Shown: positions 48,781 to 58,824 of the stretch, one piece after another | Layout of the letters: each line of letters starts with the position of its first letter | Position numbering within the stretch: position 1 is the first letter of the stretch | Source of the DNA: a virus | Taxonomy: Duplodnaviria; Caudoviricetes | DNA: 64,000 bases | Direction: 5' to 3' (one strand) | Virus record (IMG/VR): IMGVR_UViG_2868946205_000003 | Made by a program: the position numbers and the translations under genes | Notes under the pieces: generated by a model | Database searches by the model: none | The model's input: the letters and a program-made list of their open reading frames with translations, nothing else | What the model was told of the DNA's origin: nothing

Positions 48781-49230
48781 TCAACGCTGCGCCGCAGATT
48801 CAAGATGCCGTTGAATGGTATCCAGTACCGAATTGGCGGCATCCTGTGACAGGTTACCACTGTCATCCACGGGCAGGTACGGACGGGCCGGCAACTCGAC
48901 GGATTGATTACGGCCAGCTTTACCGCCGAACTGATGGATAGCTCCATAAACGGTATTGGTGCCGACCATCGCACGGCTGGCATCATATTCTGTCGATACC
49001 GACCCTTGCAATCGACCCGTATCGCGCAGCGTCTGGCCGCTGCGGTCTTCTGCCGCCTGCGACACAATCCATTCAGGTCGTCCGCTCTCATCAAAATTGA
49101 TATCGGTTTCCGCGTGCAGCGTACCGGCAATCTTGCGCATAGCCGGGGTCATATCCGCTGCTGCGCTCTCCAGAGCACGCAGTCCACGCCGCAGATCGCT
49201 GTCGTTAATCGTGATGCTGACAGTACTCAT
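48781..49230 (-). CDS. Virion morphogenesis protein (Mu gpG-like)
   Basis: LRDTGRLQGS, YGAIHQFGG, LPARPYL. Confidence 0.9.
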   Translation of the reverse strand: MSTVSITINDSDLRRGLRALESAAADMTPAMRKIAGTLHAETDINFDESGRPEWIVSQAAEDRSGQTLRDTGRLQGSVSTEYDASRAMVGTNTVYGAIHQFGGKAGRNQSVELPARPYLPVDDSGNLSQDAANSVLDTIQRHLESAAQR

Positions 49231-50048
49231 GACGATAACTCCTGTTTTGCCAGGGACGTGAGGCTGCCCTGATAACGGGCCAAATCCGGGCGATAGGCGG
49301 CACCCGGTGCATATGACCAGCCAAGATCGGTACTGATTGTTGTGCTGCCGGTGTTGAACGTTGCCACACGCTGCATCTCACCCGTTTTCTCTGAGACCAG
49401 CTTCAGCTCCCACCCCATAGCATTAATGGCGTTAGCCACCTTCAGCCCACGCCGTTCGATATCACGCTGGCTCAGAGCAATCACGCTACAGCGGCAGCGC
49501 CAACCGTTCGGCGGATAGAATGCCTGCCAGAACGGAGCATCGAAACGAAAAACCAGCCCGTGCATCGACAGATGGCTTTGCCGCGTATGCTTGTCACGAA
49601 TGGCGCTATACATCCAGTAGGGCCGGTCATCGACATTTTCCATCTGCTCAGCCCAGCGGCCCGCGCTGTAGAGCACCGACATATTGGTACGGAAAATGGT
49701 ATCCAGCCGCCATGGGCTACCCTGCTGAATAGTGACGGGTTCACCGGTCACCGGGTCGGTGGTATCGCGCGGCCCCCACCAGCCTTTCTTCTGCAGCACC
49801 GGCTCCAACTCCTTACGAAACCAGCGGTCAGTCTTGCCGTCATCCAGCGTTTCCTGCAGGGCGCGGCGGATATCTTCCAGAATATCCAGACGAGTCACTT
49901 TAGCGACGGTAAAAGCGCGGACGTGGGCGTCCTGCCAGACCTCTTCCCAGTCCCAGCTTATCGCGTACCCCTTTGCCTGCAGGTAACTGATGGCCCGTTT
50001 AGGTGGCAACGTCATGCAGTAGGCTAATTCAGTCGCGGTTACGCTCAT
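49227..50048 (-). CDS. Minor head protein (Mu gpF-like)
   Basis: RLDTIFRTN, YPPNGWRCRC. Confidence 0.92.
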   Translation of the reverse strand: MSVTATELAYCMTLPPKRAISYLQAKGYAISWDWEEVWQDAHVRAFTVAKVTRLDILEDIRRALQETLDDGKTDRWFRKELEPVLQKKGWWGPRDTTDPVTGEPVTIQQGSPWRLDTIFRTNMSVLYSAGRWAEQMENVDDRPYWMYSAIRDKHTRQSHLSMHGLVFRFDAPFWQAFYPPNGWRCRCSVIALSQRDIERRGLKVANAINAMGWELKLVSEKTGEMQRVATFNTGSTTISTDLGWSYAPGAAYRPDLARYQGSLTSLAKQELSS

Positions 50049-51522
50049 GCAAACGCCCCCAAATATTGGCGACGAACAGGATGCGTGCCAGCCGCTCCTG
50101 CAGGTCGTCAGCCTTCATCTGCGGATACAGCTCCGCCAGTTCACCCAACAGATCGCCGGGACGAACGCCGGACTGAACACGTTCAAACAGCGGAGCCAGC
50201 AGCGGCTCCAGCGTGTCGTCAAGCTGACCACCGTTCATCACAACATCTAGCGCGGCATCGAGTGCATCCTGTGCGTTGACGTCGGCATTGACGGCTTCCG
50301 CGAACGCCAGTGATTGACCAGGGCGCGTCTCTTTGGGCGTTTCGTCGATATCGCCGTCCTGCAGTTGGTATTCACGCTTCCAGTATTGCGGGGTGAAGAC
50401 CACACCCGCGCTACTGAGCCGTTCGTCACGTTCAGCCTGCACCTTATCGACTGATTCCTGCTCCCACAGCTTATACACCGGCGCGACAACGTTACTGCCA
50501 AAATTAAGGTCAACCACCCAGCGGATGAGCTGATTGATAGCCCCTTCCACAATGTCGGCATCACCATCACGGATATCGTCGGTGACTTCCAGTCCGGCCT
50601 GCGCTGAGGCTTTGTTCGCTGTCGCTTCGGTGGTCTGGTTTTGCCCCAGCAATGCGATAGCAATTTCGCCACGCGATACGGCGATCAGATTCTGGTAGAT
50701 CTCGCTACTGTCTGCTTTGCCTGCCGCTTCTTTGATATCGACAGACGAGTCATCAGGGATTGCGGCAACGGCGTCCTCGATCATCGATTCCAGTGAATCC
50801 AGCAGGTTGTCGATTTCCCCCTGCGGCGTACCGCGAGGATGTTTGCCAATGACCCACGGTGAACCGTATTTTTCGGCAAACCGCACCCAGAACTTCATGC
50901 CGCCTTTTTTGAAGGTGACAGGCCAGAAGCACATCGACAGATCGGGAAAGCCATATGGGTTGTCGTAGGTTGCATCCTGACGCGGTACAAGGAATTTGTA
51001 GTCTGGTATGACTTCCCCCTCAAACCCGCTGTCACGGGAACGGAAACGCAGCCGGTTGTCGGTGTCGAACTGGAACCAGTCAGCGGGCTTACCGACGATA
51101 TCGCCAACATGCCAACTTGTCCCAGAGCGTTGCCACATCACTTCACAGGGCTGGTAGCCGTACAGCACCGCATCGGTCATTTCTCCGATAATGCGCGACA
51201 TATCCATGTCCGTCAGCATGTCACGGATAAAGCTGAATACCTGTTCAGAGGCGTTCCCTCTGTCCACGCCGCGCTCCAGCGCTTTCACTGCGGCCTTGCG
51301 GCGACGAATACAACCGCCGACTAACGGGTCAGTGCGCAACTCACGATAAATACGGATGTCTTTTCCCTGTGCTTTCAGAATCGGGTCGGGGTTCGGCAGA
51401 TACATGCCCAATCCGTAGAAATCCATGCTGCGGTCACGTGAGGCGATCTGCTCGCTGAGTGATTTCTTAGGCTCGGAAAAGGAAACAAATTCGGTGGGGG
51501 AAACCCAGAGTCCGCGTGCCAT
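50029..51522 (-). CDS. Portal protein (DUF935, Mu gp29-like)
   Basis: FAEKYGSPWVIGK, ALLGQNQTT. Confidence 0.92.
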   Translation of the reverse strand: MARGLWVSPTEFVSFSEPKKSLSEQIASRDRSMDFYGLGMYLPNPDPILKAQGKDIRIYRELRTDPLVGGCIRRRKAAVKALERGVDRGNASEQVFSFIRDMLTDMDMSRIIGEMTDAVLYGYQPCEVMWQRSGTSWHVGDIVGKPADWFQFDTDNRLRFRSRDSGFEGEVIPDYKFLVPRQDATYDNPYGFPDLSMCFWPVTFKKGGMKFWVRFAEKYGSPWVIGKHPRGTPQGEIDNLLDSLESMIEDAVAAIPDDSSVDIKEAAGKADSSEIYQNLIAVSRGEIAIALLGQNQTTEATANKASAQAGLEVTDDIRDGDADIVEGAINQLIRWVVDLNFGSNVVAPVYKLWEQESVDKVQAERDERLSSAGVVFTPQYWKREYQLQDGDIDETPKETRPGQSLAFAEAVNADVNAQDALDAALDVVMNGGQLDDTLEPLLAPLFERVQSGVRPGDLLGELAELYPQMKADDLQERLARILFVANIWGRLHERNRD

Positions 51523-53045
51523 TAGTAGTTCTCCAGTAACCGTGCAGACGTTCTGCGTCTGCGGGAGGATGCCGTCACCGGCCCTTTATTGATTTCCCGG
51601 CTGGCGTAGTAGGCCAGCGCCAGTGCAATGGCCGCGTCACCGTGGCGTTTACCGCCATCTGATTTGGCTTTTGAACGCTGCTCCGGCACGCGGGGAACGC
51701 CATTCACCACCTGAACAGCCCGCAGATCATCCAGCGTGTCCTCATCTTTTGGCAGGTCGACAAGATTACCGTCTTCCAGCGCAGCTTTGACAGGCGGCAT
51801 ATTGTCCCGATACCAGCCTTCTGTTGGCATGACCTGCTGCACCCGGCTGGCACCGTAACGCTGCATGGCGTATTCCGCCAGATAGGCACCGTTGCCCCGC
51901 GCGTCGAATGCCGCACCCAGCAACATCGGCAGACCGTCCATCAGATACCAGGTGATCTGCTCCTGCTGTTTGAACGGCACATTACGCAGCTCCAGCACGA
52001 ACGGCACCTGCCGTACCAGATTCTTCTGTTGCAACAGGGGATAATCTACCGACAGGTCACCACTGCGGCCAAAGTCACGCCCCAGAAACGAGCGGGCACC
52101 TCTCGGTAGCGCATCCAGCAACGGCTTCAGATGGGTGTCCAGCCAGTCCTGTGTTTCGCCCCAGCGGGTTTCATCGGATTTCAGCTCATAGCCTTCCGGG
52201 CAGGTCAGACGTAAAACAGGGGTATCGGCTGACATTCGGGATTCAATCAGGGCACGAGACAGCCAGGCTCCGCCACCATTAGCCGGGATGCAGTCCAGTT
52301 CTTCGGATGCACCCGCACCATAGAATTTATATACCGATGCCATCCACGTCTGTTCGGCTTCTTCCGACCACGCTTTCCCAGTACGCAAGCAGACGCGGTG
52401 AAATAGTCCCTGTGCTACCGCCTCCTTAAAGGTGATGCGATGTACGCTTCCACCTTGTCGTCCCGCTCGGATGTCGGTGATCGTAGTATTAAATTCATTG
52501 TCATCGCTATCATGGGTGGAGATAACCCTTACTTTACCGCCCCAGATAAGCATGGCCATTGCCGCTTTAAGCAGTTCTTTTAATTGCTCATGGAACGCGG
52601 CTTCATCAATGACGATAACACCCTGACGGCCACGCAGGTTAGACGGTCGACTGGACAACGCAACGACACGAAAGCCTGAGTCGGGGAATTTGATGGTGTA
52701 GGTCTTGATGTGCTTGTCGTCTTCGTCCTCTTCCCAGAAACCTTCTTCAATCTCGCTGGCCGCGTAGTTAAACGCCCGGGCCCACATCGCACAGGCCTGA
52801 ATATACTCAACCGTCATGTCCTGGTTGTACGCGATGTAGTAGACGTTCATTCCCCCAGCGGTAGCTGAGGACGCGGCAGTCAGCACGTTATCGGATGCCT
52901 CTGCCCAGGTAATACCGGTACGGCGGCTTTTTTCAATGACTTTGAGTGGAGACGGATCAGCAATCCAGCTTTGTTGATAGGGTAAGAGTACCGGAGGCGC
53001 TTCATAACCAGAGGTATCGGGTAAAACCGGAGCAAGCTGGCTCAT
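51522..53045 (-). CDS. Terminase large subunit (Mu gp28-like)
   Basis: LLPYQ, EKSRRTGITW, IDEAAFH, HGDAAIA. Confidence 0.94.
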   Translation of the reverse strand: MSQLAPVLPDTSGYEAPPVLLPYQQSWIADPSPLKVIEKSRRTGITWAEASDNVLTAASSATAGGMNVYYIAYNQDMTVEYIQACAMWARAFNYAASEIEEGFWEEDEDDKHIKTYTIKFPDSGFRVVALSSRPSNLRGRQGVIVIDEAAFHEQLKELLKAAMAMLIWGGKVRVISTHDSDDNEFNTTITDIRAGRQGGSVHRITFKEAVAQGLFHRVCLRTGKAWSEEAEQTWMASVYKFYGAGASEELDCIPANGGGAWLSRALIESRMSADTPVLRLTCPEGYELKSDETRWGETQDWLDTHLKPLLDALPRGARSFLGRDFGRSGDLSVDYPLLQQKNLVRQVPFVLELRNVPFKQQEQITWYLMDGLPMLLGAAFDARGNGAYLAEYAMQRYGASRVQQVMPTEGWYRDNMPPVKAALEDGNLVDLPKDEDTLDDLRAVQVVNGVPRVPEQRSKAKSDGGKRHGDAAIALALAYYASREINKGPVTASSRRRRTSARLLENY

Positions 53046-53587
53046 GACGCAATCCCCAGAATCTCCCGACGCAGCGCCTGTACCGCCTCAGTTGATAAGC
53101 CACCTTTGCGAGCAATTTTTTCGGCATTGCTTGCCGCTTGTTGCGCTTTGGTTCTGACTTCAGCCTGGAACTTCTTCAGATTGACGCTGGCCCGCGACAG
53201 CGTGGCGACGTTCTTGGCCACTTTGGACAACAGCGCGACACGCTCTTTCGGATCGATTTCCTCTTCGTCAGCTTCCTGTAACTGGACGATACTTTCGAAA
53301 AGTTCAGTCTGGATCAGTGCGATGACCGCCTCCGAACGCGCATCCTGATCGTCTGCTGCGCCTTCGGTTAACATGCGGGCGGCTTCCGTTGCGGCACGAA
53401 TAGCCCCGAAACGTTTTTCAATCTTCTGCCCGTAACGGTGGATCGCCGACTTACTGATGATGTAACCCTGCTCACGCAGCAGGCTTTCCAGTTCGGCATA
53501 ACCGCTGAAGCCGGATTCGGTCAGCGCCCGCTCCAGCCAGCGGCGGGCATCCTCCGGCAGTTTGTCGATAGTGCTGCGACGAGCCAT
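53042..53587 (-). CDS. DUF3486 / Mu gp27-like terminase small subunit
   Basis: MARRSTIDKLP, ISKSAIHRYG. Confidence 0.88.
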   Translation of the reverse strand: MARRSTIDKLPEDARRWLERALTESGFSGYAELESLLREQGYIISKSAIHRYGQKIEKRFGAIRAATEAARMLTEGAADDQDARSEAVIALIQTELFESIVQLQEADEEEIDPKERVALLSKVAKNVATLSRASVNLKKFQAEVRTKAQQAASNAEKIARKGGLSTEAVQALRREILGIAS

Positions 53588-53588
53588 A

Positions 53589-53900
53589 TCATTCGCTCCA
53601 GTATTTTTCAGGCCGGGCGATCCCAGGGCCACACTCCACGGTGTACTCAACGATATCAACGCCGAGCCGCGTTAAGTCAGCGAACCAGTCCCCGCTGGGG
53701 CGTTTGGTCAGTTCCACCATCTTGCGGTCAGACAGATAATCCAGTTCGCGCCGTAGCTCCAATGGCGTGGTATCCGGGTAAATCGCCAGTGCAATATCCA
53801 GCAACAGCGTCTCACTGGCGGTATACGGGCGGGTTTTATTGAGTGCGACCAGCAGACTCCAGCGCAGTCCCTCTCTGCGTGCACGAGCGATATCAACCAT
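53589..53900 (-). CDS. Mu gp26-like protein
   Basis: LRRELDYL, LTRLGVD, PGIARP. Confidence 0.8.
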   Translation of the reverse strand: MVDIARARREGLRWSLLVALNKTRPYTASETLLLDIALAIYPDTTPLELRRELDYLSDRKMVELTKRPSGDWFADLTRLGVDIVEYTVECGPGIARPEKYWSE

Positions 53901-54225
53901 GTTGTCCTCCGTTCATTCGGTGCTGTTGCACCAGTTCCAGTTTGTTGTAAACCGCATCCAGTTTGGCTTCGATTACCGTCTGCCCCCGGATGTAGTCTTC
54001 ACGGCGGACATAGGTCACCGGAAGTTCGGCACGAAACTCCAGAAATTCCCGCTCCAGCCGCTGCCAGCCTTTTTCGCTCTGAGAACGGGCCTGTTCCAGT
54101 GCGCCAAAACGCTCGTTCAGGCGCTGCTCTATCTGTGCCAGCAGAATTTTTCCGGCTGCAAAGACAAACCCTAAAAAACCCAGCAACAGGCCCACCAGTT
54201 GCCAGAACTCGACTTCAATTTTCAT
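53893..54225 (-). CDS. Membrane-anchored coiled-coil protein
   Basis: N-terminal TM, LPVTYVRREDY. Confidence 0.8.
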   Translation of the reverse strand: MKIEVEFWQLVGLLLGFLGFVFAAGKILLAQIEQRLNERFGALEQARSQSEKGWQRLEREFLEFRAELPVTYVRREDYIRGQTVIEAKLDAVYNKLELVQQHRMNGGQHG

Positions 54226-54896
54226 TATTCTTTCCTGTTCTGTAGTGCAGCGAGGTAATCCAACAGGCCATTTACCTGCGCGGCAAGCTGCTGGTAACGT
54301 TCTCCGGCGTCGGTGCTGTGGGCGAGGATGTCGCGTTGGGTAACACCGGAGTCGCGTAGCCGGGCGTCAAGGGTGGCAGCGGCTGCGGACGTATTGCCAG
54401 CCCTGCTGGCAGCGGTGGTAGCGTCTGTTCCTGCAACGGCATCAAAGGCGGCGTTGTACTGCTGCACGAAACCAGCAGTAAACACGCACTCAATAGGACG
54501 ACTCTGGCCGCGTTCATCAATCCAGCGTTGCGTGACATCATCAATTCTCCGCTTCAGGTTTTCGTTTTGCTGGCGCAATGACGCCGTGGTAGCGAGGTAA
54601 TGCTGCTCGGCGGTATTCGCGGATGTGACCAGTTGCTGATAGCGCTGCTGCCATGCCTGTAAAGCAGCGTTGGCCTGTTCCGCCCGTTGCTGTTGCTGCT
54701 GAGCGATATCCGCCTGAAAGCGTGCCAGCGTTGCATCGGATGCCGATTTCTGTTTATCCAGTGCGGTATTACCCGCGGATTCTGCCCTGGCGAATCCGCT
54801 CTCATAACCGTTCTGGTAAATCAGCCACAGCGCCAGCAATACGGCAGCAACCCATAGCAAGGTTTTCCACGGCAGCATTTTAAGCAGGTTCAGCAC
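54225..54896 (-). CDS. i-spanin (Rz-like)
   Basis: N-terminal TM, coiled coil, QVNGLLDY. Confidence 0.82.
   Translation of the reverse strand: MLNLLKMLPWKTLLWVAAVLLALWLIYQNGYESGFARAESAGNTALDKQKSASDATLARFQADIAQQQQQRAEQANAALQAWQQRYQQLVTSANTAEQHYLATTASLRQQNENLKRRIDDVTQRWIDERGQSRPIECVFTAGFVQQYNAAFDAVAGTDATTAASRAGNTSAAAATLDARLRDSGVTQRDILAHSTDAGERYQQLAAQVNGLLDYLAALQNRKE
54272..54517 (-). CDS. Embedded o-spanin lipoprotein (Rz1-like)
   Basis: Alternate frame inside Rz; lipobox LVSC and Pro-rich mature part. Confidence 0.75.
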   Translation of the reverse strand: MNAARVVLLSACLLLVSCSSTTPPLMPLQEQTLPPLPAGLAIRPQPLPPLTPGYATPVLPNATSSPTAPTPENVTSSLPRR

Positions 54897-55608
54897 AGCT
54901 ACGGCCTCCCCACGTCAGATAGCGCGGCGCTAACTCCTGCAGGATGCGCGGCGGGTAATGGCGGTTCTCACGCCAGTTAGCCGCAGAACGTCCGGCATTG
55001 ACGGTAGCGACATGCCCAAACCAGCGCTGACGATCTAACCCACGTTGTGCCGCCAGTTTCTGATCGCGCTGTACCCAGCCCAGCCCGCCGTTATAGCCGG
55101 AGAGCGTCATCGCCATCCGTTCGCAGTTGTCAGCCGCATTAACACGCTGCCAGATCCAGCGGTCATAGCGGGTCAATGCACGAATTGACCACGCAGGATT
55201 AAACGGCTGATTAGCTTTTAGTTCCGGCATGATGTCGCTAATCCACGCCGATGTAGCAGGCATAAACTGCGCTAATCCCTGTGCGCCAACGGGCGAGATT
55301 GCGCGGGGATTCCAGCCGGACTCCTGATGGAGTTGCGCCGCGAAATCGGCCACCGGCGCATTCAGCCCCCAGTCCAGCCGGGCATTACGGATAAGGTCGC
55401 TGCGGTATTGTTGGGCAGCTGCAGGCGGCTGGGCGGCATGAGCCTGACTGAAGAAACCACCTGACCAGAGCAACCACGCCGTAGCCAGCGCGCCGAATAG
55501 TGACCACCAGACGCTGTGTTTATCCGTTCGTGGTTCGCCATGTTTCATCAATGTCATGCCTAACCCCAGCGACACCAACACAATCCAGGTGATTTGCGGC
55601 CAGTTCAT
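54880..55608 (-). CDS. SLT lytic transglycosylase endolysin with hydrophobic N-terminus
   Basis: HQESGWNP, GAQGLAQFMP, YNGG. Confidence 0.93.
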   Translation of the reverse strand: MNWPQITWIVLVSLGLGMTLMKHGEPRTDKHSVWWSLFGALATAWLLWSGGFFSQAHAAQPPAAAQQYRSDLIRNARLDWGLNAPVADFAAQLHQESGWNPRAISPVGAQGLAQFMPATSAWISDIMPELKANQPFNPAWSIRALTRYDRWIWQRVNAADNCERMAMTLSGYNGGLGWVQRDQKLAAQRGLDRQRWFGHVATVNAGRSAANWRENRHYPPRILQELAPRYLTWGGRSCAEPA

Positions 55609-55610
55609 AG

Positions 55611-55952
55611 CTATAGCCCCATCGCTACGGCCAGACAGACCGCCGCCACGATAATGGCGCGACGGATCAATGCCGCAGCAAATATCCGTTGATAGCCATT
55701 TTTGACCGGGTATTCGCCGTGCTTCATCCGTTCAGGCTCATGCACCAGGTACTGGCCTAGCGCCGACTTAGGGAACAATGAACGGTCGAGCCAGTAGCCC
55801 AACACTGCAGCCAGCGTGATCAATGAGATTTTGTAGATGACTACGGGGAGTTGCTGCGGTGATACCAACGCGATCACAGCCAGCAGTAACACGGCAGTCA
55901 GTTGCCAGCCGATAAGGCGCTTCAGGCGTGTGAGGCGAAAGAGGTTTTTCAT
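55611..55952 (-). CDS. Putative holin (2/3-TM family)
   Basis: PQQLPVVIYK, GYWLDRSLFP, RRAIIV. Confidence 0.88.
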   Translation of the reverse strand: MKNLFRLTRLKRLIGWQLTAVLLLAVIALVSPQQLPVVIYKISLITLAAVLGYWLDRSLFPKSALGQYLVHEPERMKHGEYPVKNGYQRIFAAALIRRAIIVAAVCLAVAMGL

Positions 55953-55978
55953 AGCTGTCTCCTTATGTAAGTGGAGAC

Positions 55979-56021
55979 AGCATGGCGCATTACGTCACAC
56001 AGGGATTTTAAACGGCGTTAA
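55979..56021 (-). promoter_or_regulatory. Activator-dependent late promoter (Plys-like)
   Basis: TTAA-N6-TTAA at 56008-56021, 23 nt from -10 CATGCT. Confidence 0.75.
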
Positions 56022-56200
56022 TAGTGGCAAGAGAGGGGGAAACACCAGTATGGCGGGGAAAAGAGCGACCTGTCTGGTGGTGGAACACCGGACAAGCCGT
56101 CAACACACAGATGTGGCCTGTGAGTCAACCGAGGCTCTCCCGTTCTCGAGAACCGGAAAAGCCTACCGTATTTTCATCCTGTGAAAAAGGCTTACAGATA

Positions 56201-56965
56201 ATGAAAGAGCAATCTTTGCCCATCGTCCCGTGGATTGGTGGCAAACGCCGTCTGGCCAAACACATCCTGCCGCTGTTTCCTGCTCATACCTGCTATGTAG
56301 AGCCGTTCTGCGGTGCGGCAGCGCTGTACTTTCTGAAGCACCCCAGCAAGGCTGAAGTCATTAACGATATCAATGGCGAACTGGTAAACCTGTATCGGGT
56401 GGTGAAACACCATCTGGAAGAGTTTGTACGGCAATTCAAGTGGGCGCTGGTCAGCCGTCAGATCTACAAATGGTTGCAGGCTGTTCCAGAAGAGACGCTG
56501 ACGGATATTCAGCGTGCCGCCCGGTTCTATTATCTGCAAAAACAGGCGTTCGGCGGCAAAGTAGAAGAACGCACGTTCGGTACGGCGACGACATCGCCGC
56601 CACGTTTTAACCTGCTGCGTATTGAGGAAGAACTGTCAATGGCCCACCTACGGTTATCCCGAACCGTAATTGAGCACCTTGGTTGGGCGGAGTGCATCCA
56701 GCGTTATGATCGCCCCCACACGCTGTTCTACTGCGACCCACCGTACTGGGGAACGGAAGGCTATGGCGTCGAGTTCGGGCTAGAAAACTATGTCCAGATG
56801 GCGCAATTGGCACGAGATATCAAAGGGAAAATGATTATCTCGGTGAACGATATACCAGAAATGCGACAGGCGTTTGAGGGATTGAATTTACAGAGTGTGG
56901 AGATCAATTACAGCCTGTCGGGAAAACCAGTTCCCCGGCGGGAACTGGTGATTTGTAATTTTTGA
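56201..56965 (+). CDS. DNA adenine methyltransferase (D12 class)
   Basis: PWIGGKRRLA, YVEPFCG, INDIN, DPPY. Confidence 0.94.
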   Translation: MKEQSLPIVPWIGGKRRLAKHILPLFPAHTCYVEPFCGAAALYFLKHPSKAEVINDINGELVNLYRVVKHHLEEFVRQFKWALVSRQIYKWLQAVPEETLTDIQRAARFYYLQKQAFGGKVEERTFGTATTSPPRFNLLRIEEELSMAHLRLSRTVIEHLGWAECIQRYDRPHTLFYCDPPYWGTEGYGVEFGLENYVQMAQLARDIKGKMIISVNDIPEMRQAFEGLNLQSVEINYSLSGKPVPRRELVICNF

Positions 56966-57002
56966 TGAGATATAGACATATCATAGTGGGACTTAACGCC
57001 CA

Positions 57003-57440
57003 CTATGATAGCACCTTAATTATATTAAAAAGCCGTCTTCCAGTTCGCAGCAAACACATAACAGATGTGGTAACAATACCGATTAACACCGTTATAGCCA
57101 GTCCCTGAAACTTTGTATGCAACATCAGCCCAATTAAACATGTTAATACCAGTATCAACAACATTAGGCAGGTATCAAAAGCATCTGTCATTAGACGCCG
57201 ATAGTGCCCAGTCTTTTGCATATTCCTGAGCAAGGGCTTGTCCAGTAAGGAAACCAAAAGCGCAACAGCCGTTATAATAAATCCAAGCAACGTTGCAAAA
57301 ACACTAGCTAAGGTCGTCATCAAATTAGGGATCGCCGCCTCTGGCATGTGAGGCGATTTTTGCCAGTACAAGACCGCTATAGCAACGCCTATAGCCAGAT
57401 TAAACAATAGCCCCGGAATCCTCTGATCCAATATACGCAT
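57003..57440 (-). CDS. Four-TM membrane protein
   Basis: GGGAG RBS, overlaps the upstream gene, four hydrophobic segments. Confidence 0.82.
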   Translation of the reverse strand: MRILDQRIPGLLFNLAIGVAIAVLYWQKSPHMPEAAIPNLMTTLASVFATLLGFIITAVALLVSLLDKPLLRNMQKTGHYRRLMTDAFDTCLMLLILVLTCLIGLMLHTKFQGLAITVLIGIVTTSVMCLLRTGRRLFNIIKVLS

Positions 57441-58290
57441 TAATACTCTCCCGGTTTTCATCGTATGCCGTATCAATGAGGCGATACATTGTTCCTGCAG
57501 GAGGGAAACGAGCATCGGTTGGTATTGATTGTTTGGAGACAATCCGATCTGCTATCAGATCTATGGGATGAACAACACCATCAGCTTCAAACACTTCAAT
57601 CACTGCCTTCCTAGCTCCTAGATCAACCAGCTCCTGCATAGCAAATTTAATGCCCTGTTTGAGTCTGCCATCACTATCTCCACGTCTGGTATTAATCCCC
57701 ATTACAACTTGCATTGTATCCGCGCCAGCCGCGCCAAGTAATTGAAGCGTTTTTTGACTGAAATCCGTATCGGGATACAGTTCTGGGTTACGAGGACGAG
57801 GGAGCGTCAAAGTGAGTTTCTTCATGTTGACGTCACCTTTCATAAGCATAGCAATAGCTTCTTTCCCTAGCAGAGGTGCAGCTTTTACACTGGTTGAGAA
57901 AATTATCGATAAAAATGCAGTGAAACGGCTCATTCCCCCAGCCAAATGATTTCGGTGCCAACCAATAATATTGTGCTGTGAATAATATACAAAAAAGTTA
58001 CGTTCAATAATGCCTTCATCTTCTTCTAAAGGAATCGGGGATGAATGTTTCCCAGGAGCTCCTTTATCAGGGATATCAGAATTACGGAATTTCCTTACCT
58101 CACCTGCATAAGTGCCGTCATCTCGCTTTTTCAAAGCCCAGATTTCCCTTGTGCAGCCTTCCCGATCAGACGAACTGGGTGACGTTTTATCTATAGCAGA
58201 TTGAAATGCTGCATCAAGCGATGCCAGTCTTACAGATGGTTTAAATGACAACTGATAAAATTCAATTCGATAAGTTTTAACATCACTCAT
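57400..58290 (-). CDS. Soluble hypothetical protein (DUF6731/DUF4747-like)
   Basis: IPLEEDEGIIERNFFVY, PIDLIADRI (family recalled, unverified). Confidence 0.8.
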   Translation of the reverse strand: MSDVKTYRIEFYQLSFKPSVRLASLDAAFQSAIDKTSPSSSDREGCTREIWALKKRDDGTYAGEVRKFRNSDIPDKGAPGKHSSPIPLEEDEGIIERNFFVYYSQHNIIGWHRNHLAGGMSRFTAFLSIIFSTSVKAAPLLGKEAIAMLMKGDVNMKKLTLTLPRPRNPELYPDTDFSQKTLQLLGAAGADTMQVVMGINTRRGDSDGRLKQGIKFAMQELVDLGARKAVIEVFEADGVVHPIDLIADRIVSKQSIPTDARFPPAGTMYRLIDTAYDENRESINAYIGSEDSGAIV

Positions 58291-58420
58291 TCAGAGAGGC
58301 CCTCTTTAATTTGCTGTTTGTAATCCTGTAATTAACTAGTCACTAGATAATATAAATTAATTCAGATGGTTATGTGCGATAAGGTTAAGTTTTATGTGGA
58401 ATCCTAATATCAACTCATAT

Positions 58421-58813
58421 TCAATGTTTCATCACTACTGCCGCTAACTTTTCCGCTGTCTGTGGAGTTAAACCGCTATTTAACTGAGCAACGATGAGGC
58501 CGTTCTTCGATTGGTAAAGGTAAGGGCCTGCAAAGGCTTTGAGTGCATCAAAGTAGGCATAAATCGCATCACAGTATTCTTTCTTCTCACAGATAAAGAC
58601 TTGTCCACCTTTGGGGGAAACTTCTGAAAGAACAAAAGTAACATGCTCTTTGTAGCTGTTAGGTACAGGCGTTTTTACACTGCGATCTGGCGTTTGGATA
58701 TCAGTGACCGTGACACCTGTTTTTTGGAACTGATCCATAATGCTCTGTGTCGTAATAGCTTTATCGCCGCAACCTGCCAAAAGAAATACAACTGGTATTA
58801 ATAGTTTATGCAT
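58421..58813 (-). CDS. Lipoprotein
   Basis: Signal peptide with LAGC lipobox. Confidence 0.85.
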   Translation of the reverse strand: MHKLLIPVVFLLAGCGDKAITTQSIMDQFQKTGVTVTDIQTPDRSVKTPVPNSYKEHVTFVLSEVSPKGGQVFICEKKEYCDAIYAYFDALKAFAGPYLYQSKNGLIVAQLNSGLTPQTAEKLAAVVMKH

Positions 58814-58824
58814 AACCAATATCC

